From Paraspadella gotoi (taxonomy: Eukaryota > Animalia > Chaetognatha), in the NCBI GenBank assembly GCA_051294375.1, contig CM119270.1, positions 9,425,530 through 9,489,529 of the forward strand: a DNA stretch of 64,000 bases, read 5' to 3'. Below the pieces are notes generated by a model. It had not been told where the DNA came from. It did not search any database and saw only the letters and a program-made list of their open reading frames with translations. The position numbers and the translations under genes are program-made. Each line of letters begins with the position of its first letter. Within the stretch, counting starts at the first letter, position 1. Shown here piece after piece: positions 22,860 through 36,348 of this stretch.

Positions 22860-23590
22860 TTTAATTATTAAGTAACGCAGCTCTCATGACGGCAACTTTG
22901 ACGATGAAGTCCTCAACAGGCGTATTTCATCTCAAAGTTGTGGATGACAGTTTTAATGTCACTTTGATAATGCGGATGTCAAATCTGATAAGAACGTCAA
23001 AAAGGAAAAAAAATAATCATTGAGGTATCGACTTAAAGCTGTTGTTGTCGTGATCATCACGACAAATGATCTATTCGTTTAATCCAGTTTCGTACCCAGA
23101 GTAAATAGAGTGAAACTGTTCGGAGTCCGGGTGGAATTCCGGTAGAAATCCTGGGGCGAGGGTAGGGAAGGGGCGTGGGGCAGGGGACATGGGGACATGG
23201 GGACATGGGGACATGGGGGCAGGGATGAGTGTTGGTAAAGAGGAAAGCTTGTGGGGAGAGAGAAAAAGGTGAGAAAGCATAAATCAGGAGTAATCGCAAA
23301 TTCGTTTCTCTGAGGCCGAAAGAAGAAAGGGAACTGTGAGAAAGGAGTTCAAACAGGAAAAGTAAAGGAAAAGGAAAATGAGATGGAAAAGGTGAGGAAC
23401 GGCGGTGGAGTTCAGAAGAAAGTAAGACATAATAAGCTATTGTGACCAACATTAGTGAAAATATAACAAATAGAATTAATTTGAAATTAAATGGAAATGA
23501 AAATGAATTAAAAGATTTAAAAAGAGAATAAAGGGAAGACGATTTGAACAATAAGTCTCATATTCGCGATTTGTTTTTTTCTTTCGCCGA

Positions 23591-23626
<36 letters not shown>

Positions 23627-25054
23627 TAACGAGTTCACTTGACGACGAAAACGACGACGAAACGATTATTTAAATCGCTGAGAGCGAAAAGAGAAAAAGA
23701 AAACAAACAAAACAAACATCGACGCGAATTTAAAACTCGGGATTTTCGTGTTTTGCGGTAGTTACCCTTGTTTTGTTTCCTCTTAAAAAGTGACTTTCCG
23801 TTTTCCTGTCATTTATCTTTTAAATCTCCAATGAATTACGAATGATTCTCGCATCTTCCTTCACTTTCCATCTGTCTCTTTCATCCTTTCAACTTTCCTC
23901 ATGGTTGCCCGCCGTTCGAAGTTCTCAACCGAAACTTTTTTCAAAACCGTCCGGTGCACATCCAGTCATTCTCATTGTTTTTAAAGAAGGAAAAAACCTC
24001 AGCAATTGTTTTTTGTTTTTTTTTTTTGGGGGGGGGGTGGTTTTGTTTGGTGGAACCCAAAAAAAAACCCAAAAACCCCAAAAAAAACCTTCATCTAGAA
24101 AGAAAAACCCCCCAAAAAACAATAAGGTTGAGGTAGAGGGTGTCAAAAAGATTGTATTGTTTATATATGATTTCATTTTAATTATATTAATAATAACATT
24201 TATAATAATAATTTATATTATTATTAATTATTATCATTCATAATATTCTATTACATTATTTTACGCTCTTTCATTCAATAATTCCGTAATTTACATGTCC
24301 GGATGTTTTTTTTTTTTTAAGTAATTCTGAATATATGAATTGCGCTTATAAACGAAAATGTTTCTTTGCCGAAAAAATTATAAATTTATTTTCACATTTT
24401 ACGTACGCTCTTAAAATCTCGTTATCGAATTCCCTTTTCTCAAAAATATATCGGAAATGAGGCAAGAGAGGTCGTTTCCCGGATCCCAAAATAACCCACT
24501 ATGAGATCTCCTTTTCGGTTCCCCCGAAATAACCGGGAAGCACCGACGTCTTCGTCGTCCTTCTTTTCTTTCTTTTCTTCTTGAGATTTGAGACAATCGG
24601 AAAAGAGGAATGAGGAGGCGAGAAAACCTTTTTTTTTTCTTTCTTAAAAATATTTAGAATTCGACATAATATAGAGATAGTTAAAAGCGATAGAATTGTG
24701 CCGCGTGGAATCCCAAATTGAAAAAAAAAATGTAAAACGGTAAACGCTTCCCATGCAAATTTTTGAAAAAGTTTTTATTCGAAAAGAAAAAAACAAACTT
24801 GCCATCTAATATTTTTTAAGTCTTTTATCAATCAATTTCAAACCTTGAATTGAATTTAAATTTCGTGATTTTGTTTTTTGAATCACGTTTCAAATTCATC
24901 CCCCTCGAGCACGATCTTTTCTCCATTTCTCATACTTTTTCTGGTCCAATCTACGGAATTATCGTCATAATCGTCCCAACTACTAACGCAATCATGACAA
25001 CCCAAAGGCTTTCTTTTTAATCCTTATTATATCTTCTTTTCCCGTCACTCTCTT

Positions 25055-27385
25055 TTTCTATCCCCTTATCCCCGTATTCCTTTCCCCCATCCCTCTTCTT
25101 CATCGGCCACCATCCCCGGGTGAAAAGCGTTTCCTCCGCCAGTCAACCACTTCAAGAGAAATCCCTTTTAATCTCTTTATAATTTCTATCCCTTATCCCG
25201 TATTTCCTTTCCCCATCCCCTCTTCTTATCGGCCACATCCCCGGGTGAAAAGCGTTTCCCCGCCAGTCAACCACTTCCAAGAGAAATCCCCTTTTAATCT
25301 CTTTATAATTTCTATCCCCTTATCCCGTATTCCTTTCCCCACCCCTCTTCTTCATCGGCCACCATCCCCGGGTGAAAAGCGTTTCCTCCGCCAGTCAACC
25401 ACTTCCAAGAGAAATCCCTTTTAATCTCTTTATAATTTCTATCCCCTTATCCCGCTATTCCTTTCCCCCATCCCCTCTTCTTCATCGGCCACCATCCCCG
25501 GGTGAAAAGCGTTTCCTCCGCCAGTCAACCACTTCCAAGAGAAATCCCCTTTTAATCTCTTTAATAATTCTATCCCTTATCCCCGTATTCCTTTCCCCAT
25601 CCCCTCTTCTTCATCGGCCACCATCCCCGGGTGAAAAGCGTTTCCTCCGCCAGTCAACCACTTCCAAGAGAAATCCCCTTTTAATCTCTTTATAATTTCT
25701 ATCCCCTTATCCCCGTATTCCTTTCCCCCATCCCCTCTTCTTCATCGGCCACCATCCCCGGGTGAAAAGCGTTTCCTCCGCCAGTCAACCACTTCCAAGA
25801 GAAATCCCCTTTTAATCTCTTTATAATTTCTATCCCCTTATCTCCGCATTCCTTTCCCCATCCCCTCTTCTTCATCGGCCACCATCCCCGGGTGAAAAGC
25901 GTTTCCTCCGCCAGTCAACCACTTCCAAGAGAAATCCCCTTTTAATCTCTTTATAATTTCTATCCCCTTATCTCCGCATTCCTTTCCCCCATCCCCTCTT
26001 CTTCATCGGCCACCATCCCCGGGTGAAAAGCGTTTCCTCCGCAGTCAACCACTTCCAAGAGAAATCCCCTTTTAATCTCTTTATAATTTCTATCCCCTTA
26101 TCTCCGCATTCCTTTCCCCATCCCCTCTTCTTCATCGCCACCATCCCGGGGTGAAAAGCGTTTCCTCCGCCAGTCAACCACTTCCAAGAGAAATCCCCTT
26201 TTAATCTCTTTATAATTTCTATCCCCTTATCCCGATTCCTTTCCCCCATCCCCTCTTCTTCATCGGCCACCATCCCCGGGTGAAAGCGTTTCCTCCGCCA
26301 GTCAACCACTTCCAAGAGAAATCCCCTTTTAATCTCTTTATAATTTCTATCCCCTTATCTCCGCATTCCTTTCCCCCATCCCCTCTTCTTCATCGGCCAC
26401 CATCCCGGGTGAAAAGCGTTTCCTCCGCCAGTCAACCACTTCCAAGAGAAATCCCCTTTTAATCTCTTTATAATTTCTATCCCCTTATCTCCGTATTCCT
26501 TTCCCCCATCCCCTCTTCTTCATCGGCCACCATCCCGGGGTGAAAAGCGTTTCCTCCGCCAGTCAACACTTCCAAGAGAAATCCCCTTTTAATCTCTTAT
26601 AATTTCTATCCCCTTATCTCCGTATTCCTTTCCCCCATCCCCTCTTCTTCATCGGCCACCATCCCGGGTGAAAAGCGTTTCCTCCGCCAGTCAACCACTT
26701 CCAAGAGAAATCCCCTTTTAATCTCTTTATAATTTCTATCCCCTTATCTCCGCATTCCTTTCCCCCATCCCCTCTTCTTCATCGGCCACCATCCCCGGGT
26801 GAAAAGCGTTTCCTCCGCCAGTCAACCACTTCCAAGAGAAATCCCTTTTAATCTCTTTATAATTTCTATCCCCTTATCTCCGCATTCCTTTCCCCCATCC
26901 CCTCTTCTTCATCGGCCACCATCCCGGGGTGAAAAGCGTTTCTCCGCCAGTCAACCACTTCCAAGAGAAATCCCCTTTTAATCTCTTTATAATTTCTATC
27001 CCCTTATCTCCGTATTCCTTTCCCCCATCCCCTCTTCTTCATCGGCCACCATCCCGGGGTGAAAAGCGTTTCCTCCGCCAGTCAACCTACTTCCAAGAGA
27101 AATCCCCTTTTAATCTCTTTATAATTTCTATCCCCTTATCTCCGTATTCCTTTCCCCCATCCCCTCTTCTTCATCGGCCACCATCCGCGGGGTGAAAAGC
27201 GTTTCCTCCGCCAGTCAACTACTTCCAAGAGAAATCCCCTTTTAATCTCTTTATAATTTCTATCCCCTTATCTCCGTATTCCTTTCCCCATCCCCTCTTC
27301 TTCATCGGCCACCATCCCCGGTGAAAAGCGTTTCCTCCGCCAGTCAACCACTTCCAAGAGAAATCCCCTTTTAATCTCTTTATAA
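25055..27385. repeat. ~130-bp tandem satellite, ~18 highly similar copies
   Basis: Unit ttctatccccttatctccgtattcc...catcggccaccatccccgggtgaaaagcg...ctctttataat. The tataat motif recurs at 25691, 25822 and 25952. Variation is mainly 1-bp homopolymer indels. Confidence 0.95.
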
Positions 27386-27580
27386 ATTTCGACGAGAGTC
27401 TATTTCCTTTTCTTCCCTCGGTCATCGACCCTGGTGGTTATGGTGGTGATCGAGGAGGGTGGTGGTTGTGGTGGAGTCGGTGGTGGTGTTCCTCCTTAAT
27501 TATCATCATTATTGTTAATATTATTATAATCATTAATATAATCAACGAAGGAAGTCGGACTGCTTTATAACGCCTACTAA

Positions 27581-27720
<140 letters not shown>

Positions 27721-27933
27721 TATTTTATTTTTTTCCTTCCATTTTTATCAACATTTTCAACATCTACTCCATCTTTTTCATCTTCATCTACCTAATCATC
27801 GTCATCATCATCTTCATCATCATCATCATGATCATCATCATCATCATCATCAATATCTTTTTTTCAAACATCATTACTCATTTTTCCTGCATTTTTACCA
27901 TCATGTGCTTCTTCTTCAATGGCACTTCCACAA

Positions 27934-28918
27934 TAGGGCGTTGAAAAATAACGAAATATAACAAATCAAGTGAGGTACATAGCTATTTTAGTGTAATAAA
28001 GTCTGTAGAATTCGATGATGATAACCATTTTTTTGTATAGTCTCATCTTCTTTGTCGGAAATGGCGATTTTTGCAGCATATAAGGTGCTATTAAAATGGA
28101 GCAAACATTGTAGAGTATAAGAAACTCAAATTATTAAGATTTTATAAAAGCCATATTTAACTTACATAATATAAAAATAGAGACCCATATAAATATTTTG
28201 GTAAGTTTTTTTTACAAATTTTATATTTTATTAATAGTTTGTTAGCTATATTTATTAATAAATAATAATAAAAAATAAGCTAAAAAAATAAAAAAAATTA
28301 AATTTTAAAACCGGATTTGAATTCCTAGCAAAAAGTTGATATAAGAAAGTATAATCCATTTTAAAAAATTATTTCATTAAGTAGGTTAAAAATATTAAAA
28401 ACTATTATTTTTATTTAATTTTTTAATTTTTGGCTTAAAATTATAGTTTTTCTGAATTTTGACCAACTTAATGACATAATTTTGATATAAAAATTATATT
28501 TTCTTATATCAACTTTTTGCAAAGAATGCAATAATCCATGAAAAAATTTTTGAAATTATTCTTTTTTAATTTTAACCTAATTTTTACTTATAATTATTAA
28601 TAAATATAGTTAACTAACTTTTTATAAACATAAAATTTAGAAATAAACTTAGCAAAATTGTTTTATAGGTCTTTATTTTTATATTTCAAAAGCTCAAATA
28701 AATTTTATTAAAATTTTAATAATTTGAGTTATCATAACTTATAATGGTTTTGCTATTTTATAACAATTTTAATACATTAAAAACCGTCATTTCCGACAAG
28801 AAAGATAAAATTATACAAAAAAATGGATCATCACCATCGAATTCTACAGACTACATTACACTAAAATAACTATGTACCTCACTTGATTTGTTATATTTTG
28901 TTATTTTTCAACGCTCTA
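27934..28918. mobile_element. Foldback-type hAT MITE
   Basis: TAGGGCGTTGAAAAATAAC...GTTATTTTTCAACGCTCTA, with inverted symmetry running to the centre. 8-bp TSD TTCCACAA / TTCCACAG (7/8). Confidence 0.9.
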
Positions 28919-28984
28919 TTCCACAGTCGGCCTTTTCATCATATCGCCGCCTCATCGCCGTCACTCTCTCTCTCTCTCTCCTCT

Positions 28985-29067
<83 letters not shown>

Positions 29068-29192
29068 CGAATCGATCATTTCTCGGAAATCGGAGTCGAC
29101 GGCGAGACCAAAACGATCGGAGCGAGAAAAACCGAGAGATTCCTCATCGTTCTTGCATCTTTGGTTCTCAACGGGGCTCCTCCTAATCCTCC

Positions 29193-29234
<42 letters not shown>

Positions 29235-32108
29235 GTGAATGGGAGCAACTCAGATGGAGCAGCAAATCTCACGGCATATTGCTTTCCACCCGTCCTTTTA
29301 TCCTATTACTTTTTATTAAACTAATGCACTCCCATTAAGTGGATGAAGAAACAGCCGGCGGTAATGTGAAAAAAATTGCCGAAACGGCCAAATGCCTCAG
29401 AGGATGTTGTGAAAAAAAAAGCGGACGAGCTTATGTGAAAGGGTTGTTTAAATGGTTATGGTTGGTGGTGATATATGCGAAGCGAAGGTTGGTGAATATT
29501 AGGGCATCGGGGTAAGAGATAAATTGAACGTTACACATTTTTTGTCAAAGCGAGGATTGGAGATAAGGATTAAAAGAGAGGAAAAGGTCGTGAACCCATA
29601 AATGCGAGAAAAAATAGAAAAGAAAATAAGGAAAAAGAATAGGAAATGGATATAGAGAGAAAAATGGAAAGAAGAGAATATAAGATAAAGATAGAAAAGG
29701 GAAAAATAAAGATAAGTGATGAGCGAGCAAAGTCGCGAAGCCTCCAATGAAGGTGAGAAGCGGGTGAGTACGCCCCGGGGACCCATTGATAGGAATTCTC
29801 CACATTTTCTTTCTGGAAGAAAAGACGAAGCTCAAACCAAAATTTAGATTTTTTGGCAACAAGTGATTTAAAAAAAACATTTTCTTCCTTCAATGTGGTG
29901 ACCGGACTGGATTAGACTCGGACCACGGACCCTACCTAGAGAAGAACGCCGACTACCGAAATTTGACGCGAGCCTACTAAAATACGTTTATCCTACGTAA
30001 ACCTCCCAAATGAACTACTCAAAAAAAAATAATATTAAAAAAAAATATATAAAAGAATCAACCAATAATTTCCTAAAAAGTTAAAAACGAACCACAAAAA
30101 AACGGACGTTATAAGAATAAAATCAAGACAAAAAATAAAAAAAATACCCCATTTTGCGATTCAGGAGTGCGTTTTAACGTAGCCTGAGTGCAAAAAAAAA
30201 AATCCCTCCAATCTCTCAAAAAAAGCATATCTCCAGGAAAATTTAATTTAAAACTCCAACAAAAATAAAACATTTCTTCCACAGATTTAAAGCACATTAC
30301 GAAAATTCTATACTCCCAGACTATTAAAATAGAATTTAAATTCACAAGCCGACCCCCCTTACATTGGTTCTTTGAAAAAAACGACCTCAACCTAAAAAGA
30401 TCGTCTACTGGAATTTACCGATCACCAAGTTGTTTTCTCTCTGAGCCACATTCGTCACGTGACCCAGCATTTGCTCCACAAACCAAAAGACAAACTCAGT
30501 ACGCTCTCCTGCTCTAGTTTCTAATCCTATAAAATAAAAAGAAGCCCAAGCTAAATCCGCGACGATTAACAACAACAACATTTCTCTCTCTGCTCTCTCT
30601 CTCTCTCTCTCTCTCTCTCCTTTCTCTCTACTCTTCTCTCTCCCTTCTCTGGAAAAAAGAAACTAAAACAAAAGCAAAAAAAAAAAAAGGAAAAAACGAC
30701 TCTTCATAAATAAGAAACAGCAAAAAAAAGATGGCCAACACAGAAAAAATAAGAAATCAATTCGAAAAATACAGCCTCCAGGCAAATTTAATGCCACCAC
30801 CGATATTTCTATCCACAGCACCATCCCAATCAATGAAAGATAAGAGTTATTTTGCCCAAGAGTTAACCTTACTTACTTGCAAATTCAAGACGGCCTACTA
30901 ATTTTGATAGCCCATACCAAGGAATAGTAAACCTGTTATAAATAGAGAAACACAAGAGAGCCGGTATGTCTTTTAGAAGCCCAGGAACGTCCTGTGATCT
31001 TCGAACTTACATTCTGACTCCACTACCTTCCAAGAGACGATAAATAGGATGATTGGGTTTTGGCAAAAACATGGAAAAAGATTTTTGGCTTTTATCTTTA
31101 AATTTAATTCCCCATAGTTGGCTCTGTGCTTCAGTTTAAATATTTTTGACTGTACCGAAAAAAGAGGAAAAGAAGAAGAAAAGAAAAAGAAAGGAAGAAA
31201 AGAAAGATGGATGAAAAATATCGCTTGACAAAGAAAAAGTTTTTTAGCACAATTTGAAGAGGCTTACTGTCAGAAGGTGAGGAAGAAAACGAGGACAATG
31301 ACAAATTTAAATGAGGCGAAAACAATGCTACGAGAAACGTCAGAAGAAGAAAAGAGCTAAAAACAACTATACAGAGAAACCAGCAGAGGAACAAGAAGAA
31401 CTAACTGTCCCATGCATGTCAAGTACTTTCAGGAAATATTTCACTATTCGTAGGAAGTCCACACATCAAAGAATGTAATTATTCAAAATAAAAAGGCCAA
31501 TAACTCCTCCCCGTAAAGAAAACACACCACTTTCAAAGCAAACACTTGGAAAGACGGTTCAACAACAAACAAGGATCTCCTCTAATAGCATAGCAATTGC
31601 AACACAAACTGAGGAACCCCAAAGCAAAACTTCAGATTTTACCTGACTTCTCCCATTTGATCAAAACTCTTTCAGATACCCTAGATTCAATTTCTAATCT
31701 ATACCAAAATGATCGAGCAGGCCTTTCACATGCAAAAAAATATGATATCAATCAAGGCAACAAGCATACTTACAAAGAAGTGCAAAGCTTGAGGCTAAAA
31801 TTCATTCCATTGAGGACCAACTGAGAAAACTTAATACTGAAGTGACAAGCCTTAAAAACTTTAGTTACAAGCAGCATAAGCTGGAAAAGGCACAGAAAGA
31901 GGAAGAACAAAGAAACCAAGCAGATTCTGTAACAATCATTCCCAAACTGACGGATCTCAAAATCAAACCGCATTCAATCCATCGAAATTCAGAAACTTTG
32001 TATACCAAGCATCATCCGTTCACAAAGTTTAGAAAATACCACAAGTTATACAAACAGATTGAAAGGTTGAATCACTCATGTCACAATGGCCACTGGAGAA
32101 CTGGACAA

Positions 32109-32741
32109 TAAGGCGTAGTGAAAGTTACATACGAAAATTCTAAAAGTCAATTATGAACAACATACCATCAGTGAACATTAATTTGTAAAAAAAATTAATT
32201 TTATGTTTTTTAATTTTCCCAGTAGGCTATATTTATATATAGTACTATCCTTATAATATCGAAAATTTTCAAAATAGGCTTTTCTTAATTTTGATTGCAG
32301 ATTTGAATTCCTCGTCAAAAGTTAAGAAAATATAAATCATTTTTAAAAGTTAAGAAAATATAAATCATTTTTAAAAATTCTTTCATTAAGTGGGTTAAAA
32401 ATTAAAAAAAATATATTTAATATATAAAAAGTTAATTTTCAGTTTAAAATATAGTTTTTTCTAATTTTTGACCCACTTAATGAAGGAATTTTTCAAAAAG
32501 AGTTATTTATTTTTATCAACTTTTTATGACGAATCCAAATCTGCAAAAAAATCTTAGCAAAAACTGTTTTGAAATTTTAACATATATTGGTTTAGTACCA
32601 GTATAAATATGGTCTACTGCATAAATTGTAAAATTTATTGTAAATTTTTTTATTACATAAATGTTCATTAGCATAATGTTGTTCGTTCCTCACTTTTAGA
32701 ATTTTAATTAAAGTTAAATTTAGAAATTTTACTACGCCTTA
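32109..32741. mobile_element. hAT MITE (TAAGGCGTAGT TIR), 633 bp
   Basis: TAAGGCGTAGTGAAA...TTTTACTACGCCTTA with a perfect 8-bp TSD CTGGACAA (32101-32108 / 32742-32749). Confidence 0.92.
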
Positions 32742-33501
32742 CTGGACAATACCTCCAATGGTAGACCTATAAGCTTCACCAGGGGTCATCATGCAGACAT
32801 AGCAGATGGAGAAACAGAAACTGGGGATAAGAAGAACGCTCGACCAATTCTCAATGACACGAGAAGGTCTCGCAATTGGAGCGGGGTAACATCCCAGGAA
32901 ATAGACCAGTAGATGGATCTGATAGACCAAATGGTTTGCCTCTCTGGCTTTCCGTCTTTCTTCTGATTGACCAATCAGAGAGGAGGCTTCCCTCAAGAAA
33001 CCGACGGCAAGGAAAGAGGAGAGGGAACTGGATTACTCTTCAACTTACCTTCAAGAACTTAACATCAAATTCTATTTATTTTATTTGTTTACTGTCTGTT
33101 TATTCTGCATAATCTCCATCAATTATCGTTATCTCCTCGTGTGTTTAATGTTAATAAAACGTGTTCTAGATGTTCGTCCACAACTTCTCTAATTTCTCCT
33201 AAATAAACCACGCCTTCTTCCTTCAATGATATTACTAAACAAAGACGAAGCAATGGTCTTTTTATTTTAAAAACTTAAAAATTCAATTAGATATCACTTA
33301 CTACGTTAATAAATATAGTATAAGTAATATAATCCCCGATAAAAAAAATTTAAACAGTTTTAAAAACAGCTCGGTAATTTTGATATGTACGACTTTTTAT
33401 ATGTTCTCTCTGCTGCATAACATCGAATTCTAAACTAAATTAGAGTAAATACAAAACTGTATAAAAAAGTATTTGCGACAAAAAGGATAAAATAATCATA
33501 A

Positions 33502-34121
33502 AACAAGTTTAAGCAAACAATGCCGAATCTGCCCACGATCTTTAGCGGTAAGCAGCTGATCAGATTATTAAATAATTAATTAATTAATTAATATTAATTT
33601 TTTTTATTCATGTCAAAATCGTTTTCCACTTTGTCTCGCCTCTCAATCACAAAACAACAATTTCAATGACAAAATTAATTAATTACAAATAATTAATAAT
33701 TAACTAATTACTTATTTATTAATCATTGATTAATACAGCTTGAATTTACGTTAAATATAAAATAAAAAAGCTGAATCAAATAGTGAAATAGATTGTTTGT
33801 TTTTTTTTTCATTTTAACCCATTTCCACTTGGACGATTCCATCGAAACTTCATTTCCTACCCAATCACACACTTTCCTACCCACATACAAAATTTGTATA
33901 GTAAAATATATATTTTTTACCATTTTAACTCATTTCCACTCAGACGAATTTTTACGAAACTCGGTTTCCAGCTCGAACCGCACTCTAATCTAACCCACAC
34001 AAAAATTTCATTCTAATCCATCCAGTAATTCACGAGTAATTGGTTTTTTTTTTGCTAAGGTAGCATTTAAGGAAAAACTCGTGGGTTTTTGGTGAATACT
34101 AAAACAAGATTTTATTCTGAT

Positions 34122-34194
<73 letters not shown>

Positions 34195-34757
34195 TATTAT
34201 TTATTTATTTTATTTATTTATTTTATTTATTTTATTCTGATTTTATTCTGTCACCACATTTAAGGAAAAACTCATGGGTTTTTGGTGAATAATAAAACGA
34301 GATTTTATTCTGAGAATAAAATAGTGACGGTGAGACACGCGCAGGAGTCCAGATCAATTCTACTGAAACTAAGGAAGCTAGGTCTATTTATATCTAGAGA
34401 AGAGGATCAGAGGCAAGGGGTATTTTTACAATTCCATTGTTTCTGAAAGCTGATTGGTCAATTTTGATTCCGCCTCAACCAATCATGATTCCAATTCTGC
34501 GGAATCATCCGTGCCTTTGATCCGATTTGCTTTGGTTTAGCTTGATTCTCCTACGATGGGTAGGACAGACGGACGGATGGACAGACCATACAGACAGAAA
34601 GACAGACGGACGGACAGACATCATTTTTGCATAATTTATCATAATTCGATGTTCTGATCTGATATAAGTGAATGCCCCAAAATATTTTGGGGGGCGGACC
34701 GACGGACCGACAAAGTGAATTATAGAGCCGGAATATGCTGTAAGCAGATCCGGCTAA
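33502..34757 (+). mobile_element. Helentron-associated non-autonomous element (HINE / DINE-1-like), second copy
   Basis: AACAAG start, subterminal IR gccgaatctgc (33522) / gcagatccggc (34744), a (GACG/GACA)n tract, and a 3' hairpin 34726-34755 followed by an A run. It has an unrelated insert at ~34040-34560. Confidence 0.75.
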
Positions 34758-35928
34758 AAATAGTTCGTAGAGAATATTCTTTGTCAGATTACGAGGACAT
34801 CTCCGAAAAAGACAAAGATTGAAACGACGACGACAATGACAATGACGAGGACAGGAATGGCAATGAATGCGACGACGACGACGACGACGTGGGTTTTATG
34901 CGATAAAATCCATCGGTAAATCAGTTCTCATCTGAAGATGAAGAGGATGAAAGAGAAGACTCATTGATTTTCAACGAGACGAGGGAGGATGAATGCGAGA
35001 GAAAGAGGGGGGCGGAAGGTGGGGGCGGAAGGCGGCGGAGGTGATCAAACTATGAATGAGGTGCGGTGAATGAACGGGCTTGCGTCTGACGAATGACTGG
35101 CGGGAAAATGTATGAGTTGGATGCGTTGAAATTGATGAACGCAATCAATTCGAAGAGTGAGACTCTTGATGGAAGTGTTACGTGGAACGAATGGAATAAC
35201 TTATAGATAGAATCAAAATAAGAATTAATATTTTGTGAGGGAAACAGAATAAAAAGTGAGCCAATTCAAGGAAGTAAAGTAAATTATCAAAGCTTTATTT
35301 ATATAAATATTTAAAGAAGCGAATTATTTTTGCATTGATTTTTTAAAATGATTTATCGAATTATTTTTGAGTCATTAAATTAATATTCTCAGTATGAACA
35401 ATATTTAGTAATAAGCTAGTCGTGGGTGAAGAACAAATAAGTGAAGAAAAAGTGGAGGCAGAAATGGCCTCATTCTAAAAAAAAGGAAAAAATAAATGGG
35501 AGAAGAAAAAGAAGAAAAAAGAAAAAAAAGCGGAAATGGAGAAAAGTGAGGAGAAAAGAGGCGTCAGAAAAGCGATAGCAAGTTAGATGAAATATGAATA
35601 ATATAAATCACTTGCGGTAATTACTACAAAATATTTTATCAAGGTCATTACTTCGTTAATTAATTTATGTCTTTTAGTTTAAGTAATCATAATAAGTCAC
35701 AGTTATAAATATATCTGTTTATTAAACACCCCATGCAGCATAATTGATTTTTAGATCCAATTTCTTTAAATACTTTAAATATTTTAAACATTTTAAATAT
35801 TTTATTTAAAAGAAACGAAAAATGTAAAAAAGACACAGAGAGGTAAATTGCAGAGATGTTTTGCAAGTGCCAAAGGGCAAATAGAACTAAATAACTGGCA
35901 ATAGCCAACAAGAACTTTCATATACATT

Positions 35929-35991
<63 letters not shown>

Positions 35992-36039
35992 CTCTCTCCT
36001 TCACTTACTCAATCCTCACTCACCTCTCCCTCTTTCCAG

Positions 36040-36121
36040 GCGAGAATTTCTGATGGATCGCGACCAAAAGGATTTTCGCGATTCGACAGTCCACCTCCGT
36101 CGAGCAAGGGTCAGGGATAAG
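36040..36121 (+). other. Candidate 82-bp spliceosomal exon of an unidentified gene
   Basis: Long pyrimidine tract plus tttccag| acceptor, and AAG|GTAAGT donor. One frame is open (REFLMDRDQKDFRDSTVHLRRARVRDK). No recognisable homology. Confidence 0.35.
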
Positions 36122-36299
36122 GTAAGTTTGTTTACGCGGAGGTCACTCTTTCGAGTGAACAGCCTGATTTATTTACGAAAGCAAAGAAATGAGAAAATGA
36201 GAAACGGGGTGGGGGAAGTTGAGCCTAAAATCTAATATCGTGATTCTAATTCATTTGCATGAACTTTCTCTCTGTGTGTCTCACTACTCTTCTTCTCCT

Positions 36300-36348
<49 letters not shown>

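Noticed and set aside
25055-27385. Retrozyme or hammerhead-bearing satellite
   Set aside because: The minus strand has CCGATGA, not CTGANGA, and no stem II/GAAA arrangement.
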